In this document: positions 1 to 12,127 of the stretch, one piece after another
Numbering within the stretch: position 1 is the stretch's first letter
Layout of the letters: every line of letters starts with the position of its first letter
Assembly (NCBI GenBank): GCA_003344405.1
Contig: NOWV01000022.1
Span: 744,001-789,380 of the forward strand
DNA: 45,380 nucleotides
Direction: 5' to 3'
Origin: Trichoplax sp. H2
Lineage: Eukaryota
Notes under the pieces: model-generated
The model's input: only the letters and a program-made list of their open reading frames with translations
What the model was told of the DNA's origin: nothing
The model's database searches: none
Program-made: the position numbers and the translations under genes

Positions 1-393
1 GATAGACGTAATATATGTACGTATTGGAATGTATGTGAAAGTTAGTTTACAGAAATTGCACGATGATGTAGTTCTGTAAGTTCTTCCATATGCGAGAAAA
101 TATGGACCATTACCAGCATTATTACAACAGTTTATAACCATTACTGTTCTATGGGTACAATTCGAATTCAGTTATCGATGATTGCCTAATTGGATAGCTT
201 TACGAGTAATAAATTATAAGAATGATCATCTAATACATAGCAGCGCAATAATTAAGATAAACTTATCTACATTTAACGATAAAATTAAATTGACAATGTG
301 CGTGCTTAAAAATAACAAATTCTGCTATGCCTTCAATATCTGATTTGACTATTTGCAATCCAATCACCTCTTTCTTACCTTTCTCTATTTTAG

Positions 394-3171
394 TATGTTC
401 TATCCGTGATTGGATTTACTTTTCCAACCATATTCTTAAGGTATAGTAGTCCTAGCATCCTAAAGTAAAATGATCAAAATAAGAAGTTCGATATACTGTA
501 ACATAAATGATCCCAGATAAACTGGTTAGTATCTACACTGAAATTATAGACACAATATCTTGCCATACAGTATAGATTACTTCTTGTTACCAATTGTATA
601 CCATAGACCATCACGAGTAAGCTAAATTGCTTGTAAATAACCAATAACTGAGAGTCAGTTTTACTGAAATAATCACAAGCATATCACTGTAGATTTTAGT
701 TACAGACGATGTATTCTAGACATCCTACTTTATGATTAATTGTTTTAACATATTGCCGAATGGGAATAACAGAGATAAATGTCGCCAAAACTATTATTTA
801 TTGATAGATACGTATGCTTTTTGTTAAATATATCAAACATATCTTAATATAGAAATTATTTAAAAGTATTTATTGCTTCCCAATTTCTGATTCTTTCTAT
901 GTCGCATCGAATTGTTTTACTATATAATTATATTCAACTATTAGCTGGCAAACGGCAGTCGGTGTCTGTCTTTTCAAACTACTTGCAAGAATGGGTTATA
1001 TAGACCTTGGCAATATTGATAGGTATGCTGGATGGCTATTACAAATACTATAACTTTCTCTTGTATACTACCTTTGTTACAATACGCATATAATGTCATA
1101 TGTAAAATTTTCTTGCATACCCTACATGGGAACCCATAAAACAGTATCATTCTGATAGTCATATGCAATATTTGAATGGTTCTATTCACTTTGTTCCTAG
1201 GAGTTTGCTATTTTACTCAGAAATAATACGGCTCTCAAACCGCATTTAATAACAGTACTAGACTAAGTGTAACAATTTCGTAAAAGTACATTTACGATAG
1301 CGCCAATATTCAAATAAATTCTCTTAAGAGATATTATATCCATCACTGGCAGATTTTTATTATACTACTATTAACAAATATCACATTGGATGATGGTAGA
1401 ATTTATTAAAACGATATTGTACGCATTATTATATCTTTTAAATGATATATAAATTTCATTGGAATCAATTTTACTGTTAAGCAAGGAAATCTATATAACT
1501 TATTGCACAAACGATATATTTCTTGTGGCATGATTTACTTAGGAAAGCAGTTATTCAATGGCTACCTGCTATGATTTTATTTGTGTGTATGGCGTATTCT
1601 GGTTCAAGATCACTTTCAATGACTGTATGCATTAATAGATATGATTAATGTCTTTAAGAATAGGACTTATCAAATATTGTCAACTCAATATTATCTTATC
1701 GTGCTGTTGAAACTGTTGACTGATTTTATATAGATCCTTCCTGTATGGATAATTGTATATAATGTTGTATACGTATTAATAGCTTGCGGAGATTGGGTAA
1801 TCCATAAAAAGGTACAAATTTATTGGCCTTTCAATTTAAGTTTTCACCTCAATCTCGAACGATTAACACTGCAATGCAATCTTATCTATAGGTTCCAACG
1901 TTTGCCACTCAAGTTTGGTAATACTTTGTAATCTGGCTTACTAATCATCGTTAATTGTTTCAAGTAAAATTACTAAATAACTTTAATTTTATAGTGCAAT
2001 TATAGTAGTATTTTCAGCTGTAATGGTTGGACACACTGATTCTCAGGTAAGTGATAATATGATCCACACCTTTGAGAGGCATTAAAGTTTTTAGTAGTTA
2101 CCAAATCTTTAAATAAACACACTACTATTAATTGAACAATAAATTCTATAAATCGATGTATCCTTTAATAAATGCTACAAATAATTAAACTGGGCGACAG
2201 TGTTTCACAATAGTGACCTTTGGGCTTTTACAGTTTGATGACATGGGATATGCATGGATGGAGTTTCACTGCTTTTGCGCTGGATTGTATACTTTATATG
2301 CACAGGCCAAGCAAGATGAGATCAAATTGAATGAATTTGCCAAATTATTTTTAAATTTTGTATTTACGTAAGAATTGCTTATGTGATGTTTCAATTTTTA
2401 CCCTAGCCGCTAGATTTCATATTTTTAATGACTTTCCTTGCTTAACCCTAACAGTGTTGCAGTTCTTCTCCCTTCAAGCTTTATAACAGGTTCACAAATA
2501 CTACTGTAAAGGTTGAATTCGTGAGCGACATACAGAGATCTAATCAAATTCTGTTCAATTTTTTGATATTAACCGTATTGTAGGACAAATATATGAAGTT
2601 ATTAAATTTCCTGCTATTTATTTTGGTAGATTTTATTTTGGCTGCTTTCTTAGGTAAACCAGTGCAGTTAGCTAATACAATTGACTAAAAATTTTTCACT
2701 ACATAGCTTTAAAGAATCCACTTAGTTAATCCTACTTACATTTACCGTTTATTTTTCAAATCTAGTGGGATATTTGGGACAATGCTGAGCGTAACAAGTA
2801 TATGGGTATTAAATGAAACAAATACAACTACAGTTGGCATTATCAGCACTATAAATAAGGTTAAAAATATCTAGCAAATGAATCAAATTACCCATACTTA
2901 ATAATATTCTCCTTAACTCTTCATATGAACTACCAGGTCCCAATGACTCTTTTATCGGTAGTGCTTTTCAAAATGACTCATAATACAGAAAATATTGTTT
3001 GGTAATATGCCTTGGGTATACGATTATCATTCCAACATTAATTGTTCTAATATGGCTAATTTCTCATTTAATTCATTTAGCATCGCGTTTGGATTAGCTA
3101 GTGGATTTGCTTTCTTTGTTACTAAGTACCAAGATGTTAGCAGAGTTGCTCCCATGGTTTCAGTTACATAA
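394..3171 (+). CDS. TMEM241: TMEM241 (SLC35-type nucleotide-sugar transporter-like membrane protein), 12 exons recovered; N-terminal exon(s) not located
   Basis: GT-AG exons 394-440, 945-1022, 1543-1624, 1734-1811, 1892-1917, 1995-2046, 2234-2367, 2455-2489, 2584-2653, 2766-2859, 2937-3001, 3081-3171 splice in frame: YVLSVIGFTFPTIFLSWQTAVG...WLPAMILFVCMAYSGSRSLS...DSQFDDMGYAW...FPAIYFGRFYFGC...VSVT*. Matches recalled human TMEM241 motifs YVLSVLKFTYPTLFQGWQT, WLPASVLFVGIIYAGSRALS, DSQFDPDGYFW. Confidence 0.88.
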
Positions 3172-4492
3172 ATAGCCGTGTAAAATTTATATCAAGCTAC
3201 CGGATATAGCCCAAACAATTCATGCACCTCGGAAACTTAAATCTAGTATATATGCTATTCTCTATTTCATAAGTATTAATATTGATTTTATTTCAAAAAG
3301 ATGTTATTCCAAAAATGTAACTAGATGCCAATTAATCTTGCCAATACAATCGCTGTAAAATGTTTAAATTAATCATTATTATAATTAACCAAAGTTATGG
3401 ACGACTTGATGGTAAATAAGAAAATATCTGGATTGAGTGCATATTGCCTCAGGCTTACCTCTAAGATTTAGTTTAGAATATTGTAATATATCAATCTTCT
3501 ATTGATATTAGTGATGCTTGGAGAATGTTAACCATTGGATACGAAATTATAGCAAATGTACAGTTTGTCCATTCCGTAGTACGATACCGTACATGTACTA
3601 CTGCATCTTGTTGCATTTAAGTAACATATAGTAAGCGTATAAGCAAATCTTACGCCGTACAAAACCTATAACAACAAAACGTATTGCTATACTTGCTTCA
3701 GTGAAGAGATTAGTGATCTGAAATGTACATATTAATGTTATTACAAATGATTACATGTGATGTAATTAATACACTCACCTATGTTTATATCATTAATATT
3801 AGCTCCTCGCATGAAGTATGTTTTCAGTTATACTTTACTTTAAATATCAATTACGAAGCGGTAAATTGGTAAAGGAATAAAATTGTGGTATTGTATAAAT
3901 CAATGCCTATATCATAATTCTATAACTCAGACATAAATTCTCTGTCTTACGGTACTATTACGATAAAATTAATTAATATCAAATATGGCATAAATTATCT
4001 AAATTAGTAGGATTGAAGGTATTAATATTGTACGTGTACGCCTATAAGTTGAATTGCATTTTTATTTAATCAGAAAATTCATTATGATATGCAAATAAAA
4101 TATGAATAAGAAAATTAATATTAGGTATTAAATATTGCAAACTTGATATCAATAGTTTCTTGTATCCATCATTATCATGCAACTTAAAGTCAGTTAGTTT
4201 TGAATTGAAATTAAAATTTGCTCGGTTTTTCGTTTTTTATGTGAATATAATTAGTATCCTCATCTGATATACCATAAACAGAACCCAATAATTAGATTAA
4301 TTATCTATTAGACTTTAATAAAAGTAAAGCTGCTATAGAATTACTACAACTATAACATATTATCAGAAAGGGCTTCATAAGTACGCAAAAATATTTCTTC
4401 ATTAATGTTAACTTGTATATAATTTTGGTTTATATAATTATAAATAATTACAGCAGCGATCGATATGACTTTTAAATTGTCATCATGTTGAA

Positions 4493-7400
4493 TCAATAAC
4501 CTTTTTGCTGGAATTCCTTGATAGCTGCGATAAGAGCAGAGGCCAATGGAATATCATTAATAGTATGTCCTGCGTTACGGATAATTCGTAAATCTGCCTC
4601 TGGCCAATTCTGGAAAAAATCATGTTATTATAGTTAAAAGATAGTATGTTATTTGACGCTTTACAACAAATTTGAACATCTCAGATAACAGTAAGTTAAA
4701 ATGTGTAAATTATGTATCGATTCTACTTAATATAGATACAACCTTGTGCAAATCCCAAGCTCGCTGAACTGGACATATGACATCATACCGTCCATGGACA
4801 ATGATGCAAGGTATATGACGAATTTTATGGATATGCTTTAGCACATAATTCTCCTTGTCAGGGCTAAAAAATCCTCGGTTGGCAGCAAAGTGACTATAAT
4901 AATTTTTTTAAACTTAGGTTATTGCCTGCTATTTTTGATACCACGAATACGTAATACTCATGTTAGTCCTCATATGATGATTCCATTAATTATAATAGTA
5001 ATGGTGTTATCACAACGTATACATCGTTTATTGTTAATTCCAGTAATAACAAAAAGACGTAAAAAAACTGTATTATTTTACTATCACTGCATTATATTCA
5101 TTATAATCCTTAACCATAAAGTTATCATACTTGTCATGTCTTGCTGATAAGTAGATTACTTCATCGTCGAGACCCATACTAAGATCAACTTCGTGATCGT
5201 GTATTATGGAAAGTGCACAGCCCCAATGCGTCCACAGTTTCGCATATTTAATTCTAGTCTAATGTATATTCAAAAAGCAGTTACTCCAATAAATGTAGTA
5301 CTTTACTGAGATATATAATTTATCGTATCAGATATACAGTAGAGATAGTGTTGCAATCTTATTACAAATTCTTTTAAAGCATAAGCATTAACCGCAACTG
5401 ATCGTAATACAAATATAAGCGATCTAAAGGCTACCTCTTTATCATCACTGTTTATTCGCCGCCAGTAAGCCATTACTATATCATCTCTCTCTGCCTACAT
5501 TACCATAATATAAAAGGCACCATGTTTAAAAACAATCGTGCAATAATGAATAGATCTGCTCTTAAGATGTATGAATGCCGTAAGATTATATCGTTATTAG
5601 ATAAAACTAAGATGTTAACAACTAAAGGTTACATATATTTCATTATGACTTAATTCGTTGTAGGACCCATTTGATAGTACGACAAGTCGTTTTATGTAAG
5701 TTAAGAATAGTTGTGTTTGTAGTACCTCTGGAATTGCATTCGCGTAAGTCTCGAAGAATTCTGGAAGAATATTAGAGGCTCCAGCGTGGTAGATCCACTG
5801 GAGGTCTTTTCTTTGTACAGTAATTAAAATTAAAGCATAAAATAATCAATTGTATTCGCCAATCATTTCCCGTGCTATCTACTACAAACAATATCGCTTA
5901 ACTAAATTTTTGATTACACAAGAAAAGACGAACTAGGAATAAAGTTAGATGCTTTGTACCCTTGTCCTAAAGTTACACCGCGTAGAATTAGACCAGTTAC
6001 TCTATCTGGATAAAGTTCGCTGTAAATCATTGTAAGCGTTGAACCCCAACTGCCACCGAAAATTAACCACTTTTCGATTTCTACACCATAAGATACAGAA
6101 TAAATTACTTCTTACTCGAGGTTGCTTTTATTACTATCACTTTATTCGTATCTGTAGATAGCAATTGTAGTACTATATAGCCAAATCTAGACACCTTAAT
6201 AAGTTATACCTAAGAATTTTCTCAGTTTTTCATAATCTTCGACAACTTTCCAAGTGTCATTATCCTTCATTAAATAAGTAAAAAAATGTAATCGGAAGCA
6301 ACAATGTTAGATGTTTACAAATACTGTCCCTTACCTTAATTTCACCGAAAGGTTTGGATCGGCCTAAGGCTCTTCTGTCTACCAAAATTGCTCGATAATA
6401 CGAAGGATCGAAAAATCTACGTTCTTTATCACAACATCCATTGGTACCTCCGCCGCCGTGACTACACGATAATTCAAGAGTGTAGATGTTGTCAGTAAGC
6501 GGTGCAGTGCATAAATTTTAAGTATACTACTATTATCGCAAATTTTAATATTGTTAAGAACAGCATATAAGTTGAATGTCTTTGCTGAAATTTTAATTAC
6601 TTTAAACCTTTGTGAGGATAATGGATTAAATAGTTGTATATGGCTAAGCCATTTCGATACAGCTGTAGCCTTTAGGTACTAAATGATACTAAATAGAGCT
6701 TTATACAATCGTCGTATTTTGTTTTTAGCTAAGTCAGTGTTATAACGTTGCTCACCTTGAAGATACTGTAATATTTGAGTCCTACTTCAGCTACCAAAGA
6801 ACTACAGAGGCCATAGCAGAGACTAAGTTATATGCATCTATCCATCATTGAAGTTATCTGTACTGTCATAACCTGTATATTAAAATCCGACTGTTATTGG
6901 TTGATCTGCTTTATACTATTTAATTCTAGATTAATGATAGCGATGGTGGGCCGTTTAATTGTATTCTTAAGCGGAATATAGCCTAAGCCATCATTCATTA
7001 ACCCAAATATGTTTACATTAAATCGATAGTAAATTTGGGCATGAAATTATATCTGATGCCTTTATCCTATCCCCCAATTTCTTCTTTCCGAGTTAATTCA
7101 TTCTGAAATAATTTCATGCTATCAACTTGGAATGAATATTAACTGAATAAAACGATTGATTATCCCAAAACTGTAGCTCAATAAATACTTATACTTGGCA
7201 TCAGGCCTACTTCTTCCATTACAAATTACAGTAATTGTAAATTAATCAATTTTTCCCTGGCCTGCTTGACATATCTGAGTACAGTATCTGAAGATAGGTA
7301 CATGTGTATGTAGTAGAATCATGAGCTAGAGAAATAGTTGATATTCTCGCGTCCACCAACTTTCTATGCTGTAGAATCATAAGGCAAAGAAATATCTGTA

Positions 7401-8026
7401 TTCTCACATAGAGTAGCAACTAAAAGTATTGATTCGAATTGATTGGACGAGATTCGGTTAGATTTCCCGAATCGAATGTTAAACTCTAAATTATAAAATC
7501 TCGTGTAGACTATTTTTCTATGTTGCAAAATGATGAGCTAGAGGACTATCCATATTTTCACGTACGCTACTTTTCTATGCAGCAGAAACATGAGCCCGAG
7601 AACTACTCGTCTTCTTGCGTATGCTCCTTTTCGATACAGTAGAATCGTGAACTAGAGAACTATTGGTATTCCTGTGTGTGTTCTTTTGACTGTAGCATTT
7701 ACTTCGATTCCCGTGTGTGTTCTTTTGATTGTGGCATTTATGTCCCTTACCGCACTTTACATTAATACTTGAACAATCACACAGTACTGGCAAAGGACGG
7801 TAATACAGCCGAAGCTTAATTTGAAGTTTATTTTATAGGTATTTATAAAATTCATGGATGAGATACAATAGTTAGGCCTAGCTTATGAATATACGTACAC
7901 ATATAAGATTGGTCTACCATTAGGATTTCCGATTTGCTCGTAGTAGATTTGATGAACATCAGATACTTTTAGATAGCCATTATTGTATGGCTCAATTTCA
8001 GGATAGAACGAATGCAATTGTGACAT
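4493..8026 (-). CDS. Proline iminopeptidase-like alpha/beta hydrolase (peptidase S33, bacterial/plant PIP type), 9 exons
   Basis: Exons 8026-7899, 6461-6335, 6264-6210, 6080-5960, 5810-5726, 5494-5435, 5258-5131, 4893-4743, 4609-4493 give MSQLHSFYPEIEPYNNGYLKVSDVHQIYYEQIGNPNGRPILYVHGGGG...FFDPSYYR...WLIFGGSWGSTL...LILRGV...IVHGRYDVICP...AWDLHKNWPEADLRII.NAGH. Ser (GGSWG), Asp (GRYD) and His (AGH) catalytic motifs are present. Confidence 0.9.
7310..7700. repeat. Degenerate ~57-bp minisatellite in intron 1 of the iminopeptidase gene
   Basis: Core ATGAGCTAGAG-like motif at 7321, 7379, 7533, 7590 and 7647 (adjacent spacings 57-58 bp), usually preceded by TTTCTATG..G.AGAA; the frames I checked contain stops. 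Confidence 0.6.
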
Positions 8027-8394
8027 GATGATTATTGTCGTTTGCACTATCGTAGCTTTATTATTCAACACGTCTACTCTTGCCAAGTTGATAGAATCGA
8101 GTACTATATAAATGTAATGGATGGATTGAAAAAAAAACTTGACAATGGTGAAACGCTACGATGATGATATATAATACTCGCAGTCCTCAGGTGGCGCCGT
8201 TTAGTTACTTTGAAATGACCTAGATGTTCTTAACCGCAATGCACTGAACTTGATGTGGGACAAAGTGTAATTTTGATTGCAACCAGATTCCTTGAAGATT
8301 TGTCTGCCTCGATGCAAGTGGAAAGGTCCCTGCTGTGAGGCTAATACTAAAAGAAAGAGGGGATCTTTTGCTGTTTTAGTACTGTAGTCCCTCT

Positions 8395-9270
8395 AAGGTA
8401 CAGTAATGCGACCTTAACATATACAGTATACCGTATACCATATACAATCTATTAATTATCATGATCATTGATATTAGTAGGTGTATACGCGTATACTATA
8501 CATCTACATCTTTATAGAGTGCATACTGTAGGTTATACATCTATTGCACATCTACATCTACGTAGAGTGCATACTGCAGCTTATACACACATCTACATTT
8601 ACATCTGCATAGAGTTCATCCTGTAGGTTATGCATCTACATCTATATCTACATATAGTAGAGTGCATAGGTTATACATCTACAAATCTGTAAAGTAATGC
8701 AACCTTAACATATGCAGTATACCGTATAACATATACCACGTATTATCATTATCATTATATATATATACGCGTATGCTATACATCTACATCTGCATAGAGC
8801 GTATACTGCAGGTTATACATCTACATAGAGTGCATACTGTAGGTTGTACATCTACATTTATGTCTACATACAGTAGAGTGCATAGGTTATACATCTACAA
8901 ATCTGTAAAGTAATGTAACCTTAACATATACAGTATACCGTATACTATAGTACAGTATATACCACGTATTATCATGATCATTGATATAAGTAGATGCATA
9001 CGCGTATGCTATACATCTACTTCTACATTTATATCTACATAGAGTGCATATTGTAGGTTATACATCTACATTTATATCTACATGGAGTGCATAGGTTATA
9101 CATCTATAAATCTGTAAAGTAATGCAACCTTAGCATATTCATTATACAGTATACCGTATACCATATACTACGTAGAGTATTATCATTATCATTACTATAA
9201 GTAGATGTATACGCGGATGCTATACATCTACGTCTACATCTACATAGAAATGGATAGGTTATACAGTACG
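8395..9270. repeat. Compound tandem repeat, four ~210-290 bp units with internal TACATC / TAGAGTGCATA..AGGTTATACATC subrepeats
   Basis: Unit start GTAATG..ACCTTA.CATAT..CAGTATACCGTATA recurs at 8403, 8694, 8910 and 9119. Confidence 0.9.
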
Positions 9271-10158
9271 TCTAGTTCAAGTTGTAACTAGAGGTCCAAG
9301 ATACAGCCACATACGATGTGCAGAACTACGCATTGTATGATTGTGTTGGATATTTGTGTAAATAACTCTTCTACAGAACTGTATACAATGCAAATTATGT
9401 CATTTGCAATTGCTGTACAGTACATTGAATTGAAGGTTGGTTCAATTAATTGATTCACTAATTTCTCATTCAATTGGTTCAAGACCAATGAGTGGCAAAT
9501 AGAGTAGGATGCTATCAATACCGTAGTCTAGTAGCAGTCTGTGATGACTGTAGCATGACTTGAAGGATTTCCTCTTGATTATTGCATACTAGAAGAAAAT
9601 GCGCCTTTTTTTTCTAGTCCAGTAGGCCATGCAATGCTGTGTTGACAAGAGTGCTAGGACTGCAGTTTGTGCCCTACCACTGGGCATAATTATCAGCCAC
9701 TAGCTTAATTAATTAATTTAATTTTATGCAAGACGGTGTTGGATTGCAATAGTACACTACGCCATTAATATTTGCAACATGTTACTCGTCAATAGTAGAT
9801 CAACTCATGAATGAGTCATAATACAGTAGTGTTAAATAAGCGAAAGTCGTCGATTCCACTCCGCATCTGCAGAGCAGACCAATCAGGGTGATTCAACTTT
9901 CTCCATACGGATCATACTATACCGTACAACGTAGAGTACTGTACAAGAGGTAAAAATTGTAGAGCATGCTAAAATTGTCCTGTAGTACGATTCCACATAC
10001 CACTTTGAAGACCATTGGTTGCATGCTGGACAATTTTTCTTTTCCTGGTCTATGATATAAAAAGGGTAAAAAAAGATACTCCACGTTGGAGAGTTAGCCT
10101 TTCTGTTGGTCGTAGTCGTCTGAATTATTCTCTTGATATCTAATATAGTGGACTGTAG

Positions 10159-11858
10159 ATGTATAGTATGTCGGAAAGAAAGGATAGGAGAAATCGTGAC
10201 CACGATCGTGATCGATATCATCGAAATCGTGATGATGATCGAAACAGCTATGACCGCCAGCGTAGGAGACCGATGGATAGGGACCGCGATAGAGCGCGAG
10301 ATCAGGATACTAATCGTGATCGAGATTATGAACGCAATCAAAGCAATACGAGGGAATGGGATCGGGGTAAAGATCGTTTTCCAAATAGAAGGTAAGCGTA
10401 ATGCCGATCATACACTATCTCTAGAATGATCAAGAACAGTTACCATGCACACCTTGATTGGAGCAAAAGATCGATCGACCATTGCATTGTAGATGAAGGC
10501 TACTTTGTTACCTTTTACTCTTTCAATAACATCGATGATGATGATCGACTACTAATAGAATAGGCTTACCGCTTACCAGCTCTGTAAATCAAAAAAAAAA
10601 AATCAATCAATAACGTCGACTTGATGAAAAGTATCCATTTGTAATTCGAGCGTATTGACTTGTGTTTGCTATTTTCCAACTATACGTAGTAATTACGGAT
10701 CAAGAGGCAACGACGAACATCAATATTCCAACAGGAGAAACTTTGATGATAGAAGAAGCAACTACCAAAGAAGGGATCGTCCTTTTGGACGTGGTCGCGG
10801 CCGTCGCTATGACGGTTTTCACGCTGGTCAAGAAGATAATAGACGCAATAGATTCAATGATGGCGATCGGCCGAGATTAGATAATAATCGAGGTAGTAAC
10901 TTTAGAGGTGCTACTGGAAATCGCCGAGGCAACGATCGTCGAAGACAAGATTTTGTAGCTGATCCTACAGACGTACCTAGAGGCAGACAATATTTTGAGG
11001 TACAGTAAATTATCTTGGATCGATAGACTATTGTTTCCACAATATTCGATAGCCGCTGTACAGTCAAATAACCAAAAACAGCAACTTGGCTATACATTGA
11101 TCATGTTAACAGTGGAATAGGATAAGGCCTCATCGGCTGCTTGCTTTTTCAACATGAATCTATCCTTCTTATTTATGATCGTCTTGCTAGAGATTTTAAT
11201 CTCTGATTGTATTATTATCCATTAATTAGCAACGCTTGCAGTAGAGATTCCATACAAGAATCTCATGTTTGCATTGCAACGCAATCACTCTATCTAATTC
11301 TTAAATACTGTTCATATACCCTGATGGGATACAACATTATCGCTTTTCAATACAGTTGTAATAACTAGCTCCTTACTATCCAATCAAGAAATCAAATACC
11401 TTCTCCTAGTAGTAGTAGGCTAGTAGCTACGTTGGTGATTTAGCAGGTTTATTCTAAAGACCTACAGTCTACAGTAGCAGAGTTTGGATAGGATGTAACT
11501 TGTCGGTCTCTTCTTGTACATTATTTTACTTCTAATACGGTAATTTGTATACACGTCCTTCGTATATAGCATGATAATCGATATGATAATCGTTTCAATC
11601 GTCGATCCAACAATTATCGAGAGGAAGACAACAAATGGCAGCATGACAAGTTCACTACTGAGGATCATCATGATGATACTAAGGTATTGTGAATTCATTT
11701 GTTTTCAATTTTTGCATACTACATCATTTACTAGCGCAGCTTAATATCAGTTATGATATGATGAATAACAATTTCTTTAATAATTATAATTAATACACTT
11801 ATAGACCGATAAAATGGAAGATATCGAAATGAAAGATGTGGAAGTAAAGTCTGACTGA
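10159..11858 (+). CDS. Small RD/RS/RG-rich protein (~235 aa) with a C-terminal Btz/SELOR-like motif pair (BCLAF1/THRAP3- or CASC3-like), 4 exons
   Basis: Exons 10159-10391, 10690-10999, 11570-11683, 11805-11858 splice in frame: MYSMSERKDRRNRDHDRDR...RGRGRR...FVADPTDVPRGRQYFE|HDNR...NKWQHDKF...VKSD*. PxxVPRxxxYFEHDxR plus WxHDKF resembles the Btz-type signature. Confidence 0.75.
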
Positions 11859-12127
11859 AAAGGATGCAGATAGGCAAAGTTATACCTTGGAATTTTCATT
11901 AAATTTATTACTCCAAAAAACTATTGTACAGGATAATCAAATAAACAGTAACTTATATAACAAGACAACAATAAAACTAAGTGAAGCCTTAATGCTAAAA
12001 ATATTGGTTGCTCCTTTGGTGAGCACAATTTAATTTAAAATCACATTTTGTTTAGTTCCTAGCTCCGGAGAAATCAGATTCTTTTAGATTATTGTTAATT
12101 ACAGTTCTATCGAAGCGTTCATTGCTG

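Noticed and set aside
7575..7793. 72-aa minus-strand ORF and apparent 19-aa repeat in iminopeptidase intron 1
   Set aside because: Overlaps a degenerate 57-bp minisatellite with in-frame stops in other units; not needed for the spliced protein.
8180..8370. GC-richer island with GGAAAGGTCCC, considered as RNase P/MRP or another ncRNA
   Set aside because: No matching CR-V/P4 partner or other conserved regions found; more likely promoter sequence of the iminopeptidase gene.
9883..11097. ORFs 9883-10341(-), 10133-10429(+), 10662-10880(+), 10828-11097(-)
   Set aside because: Antisense or off-frame shadows of the RD-rich exons of the Btz-motif gene.
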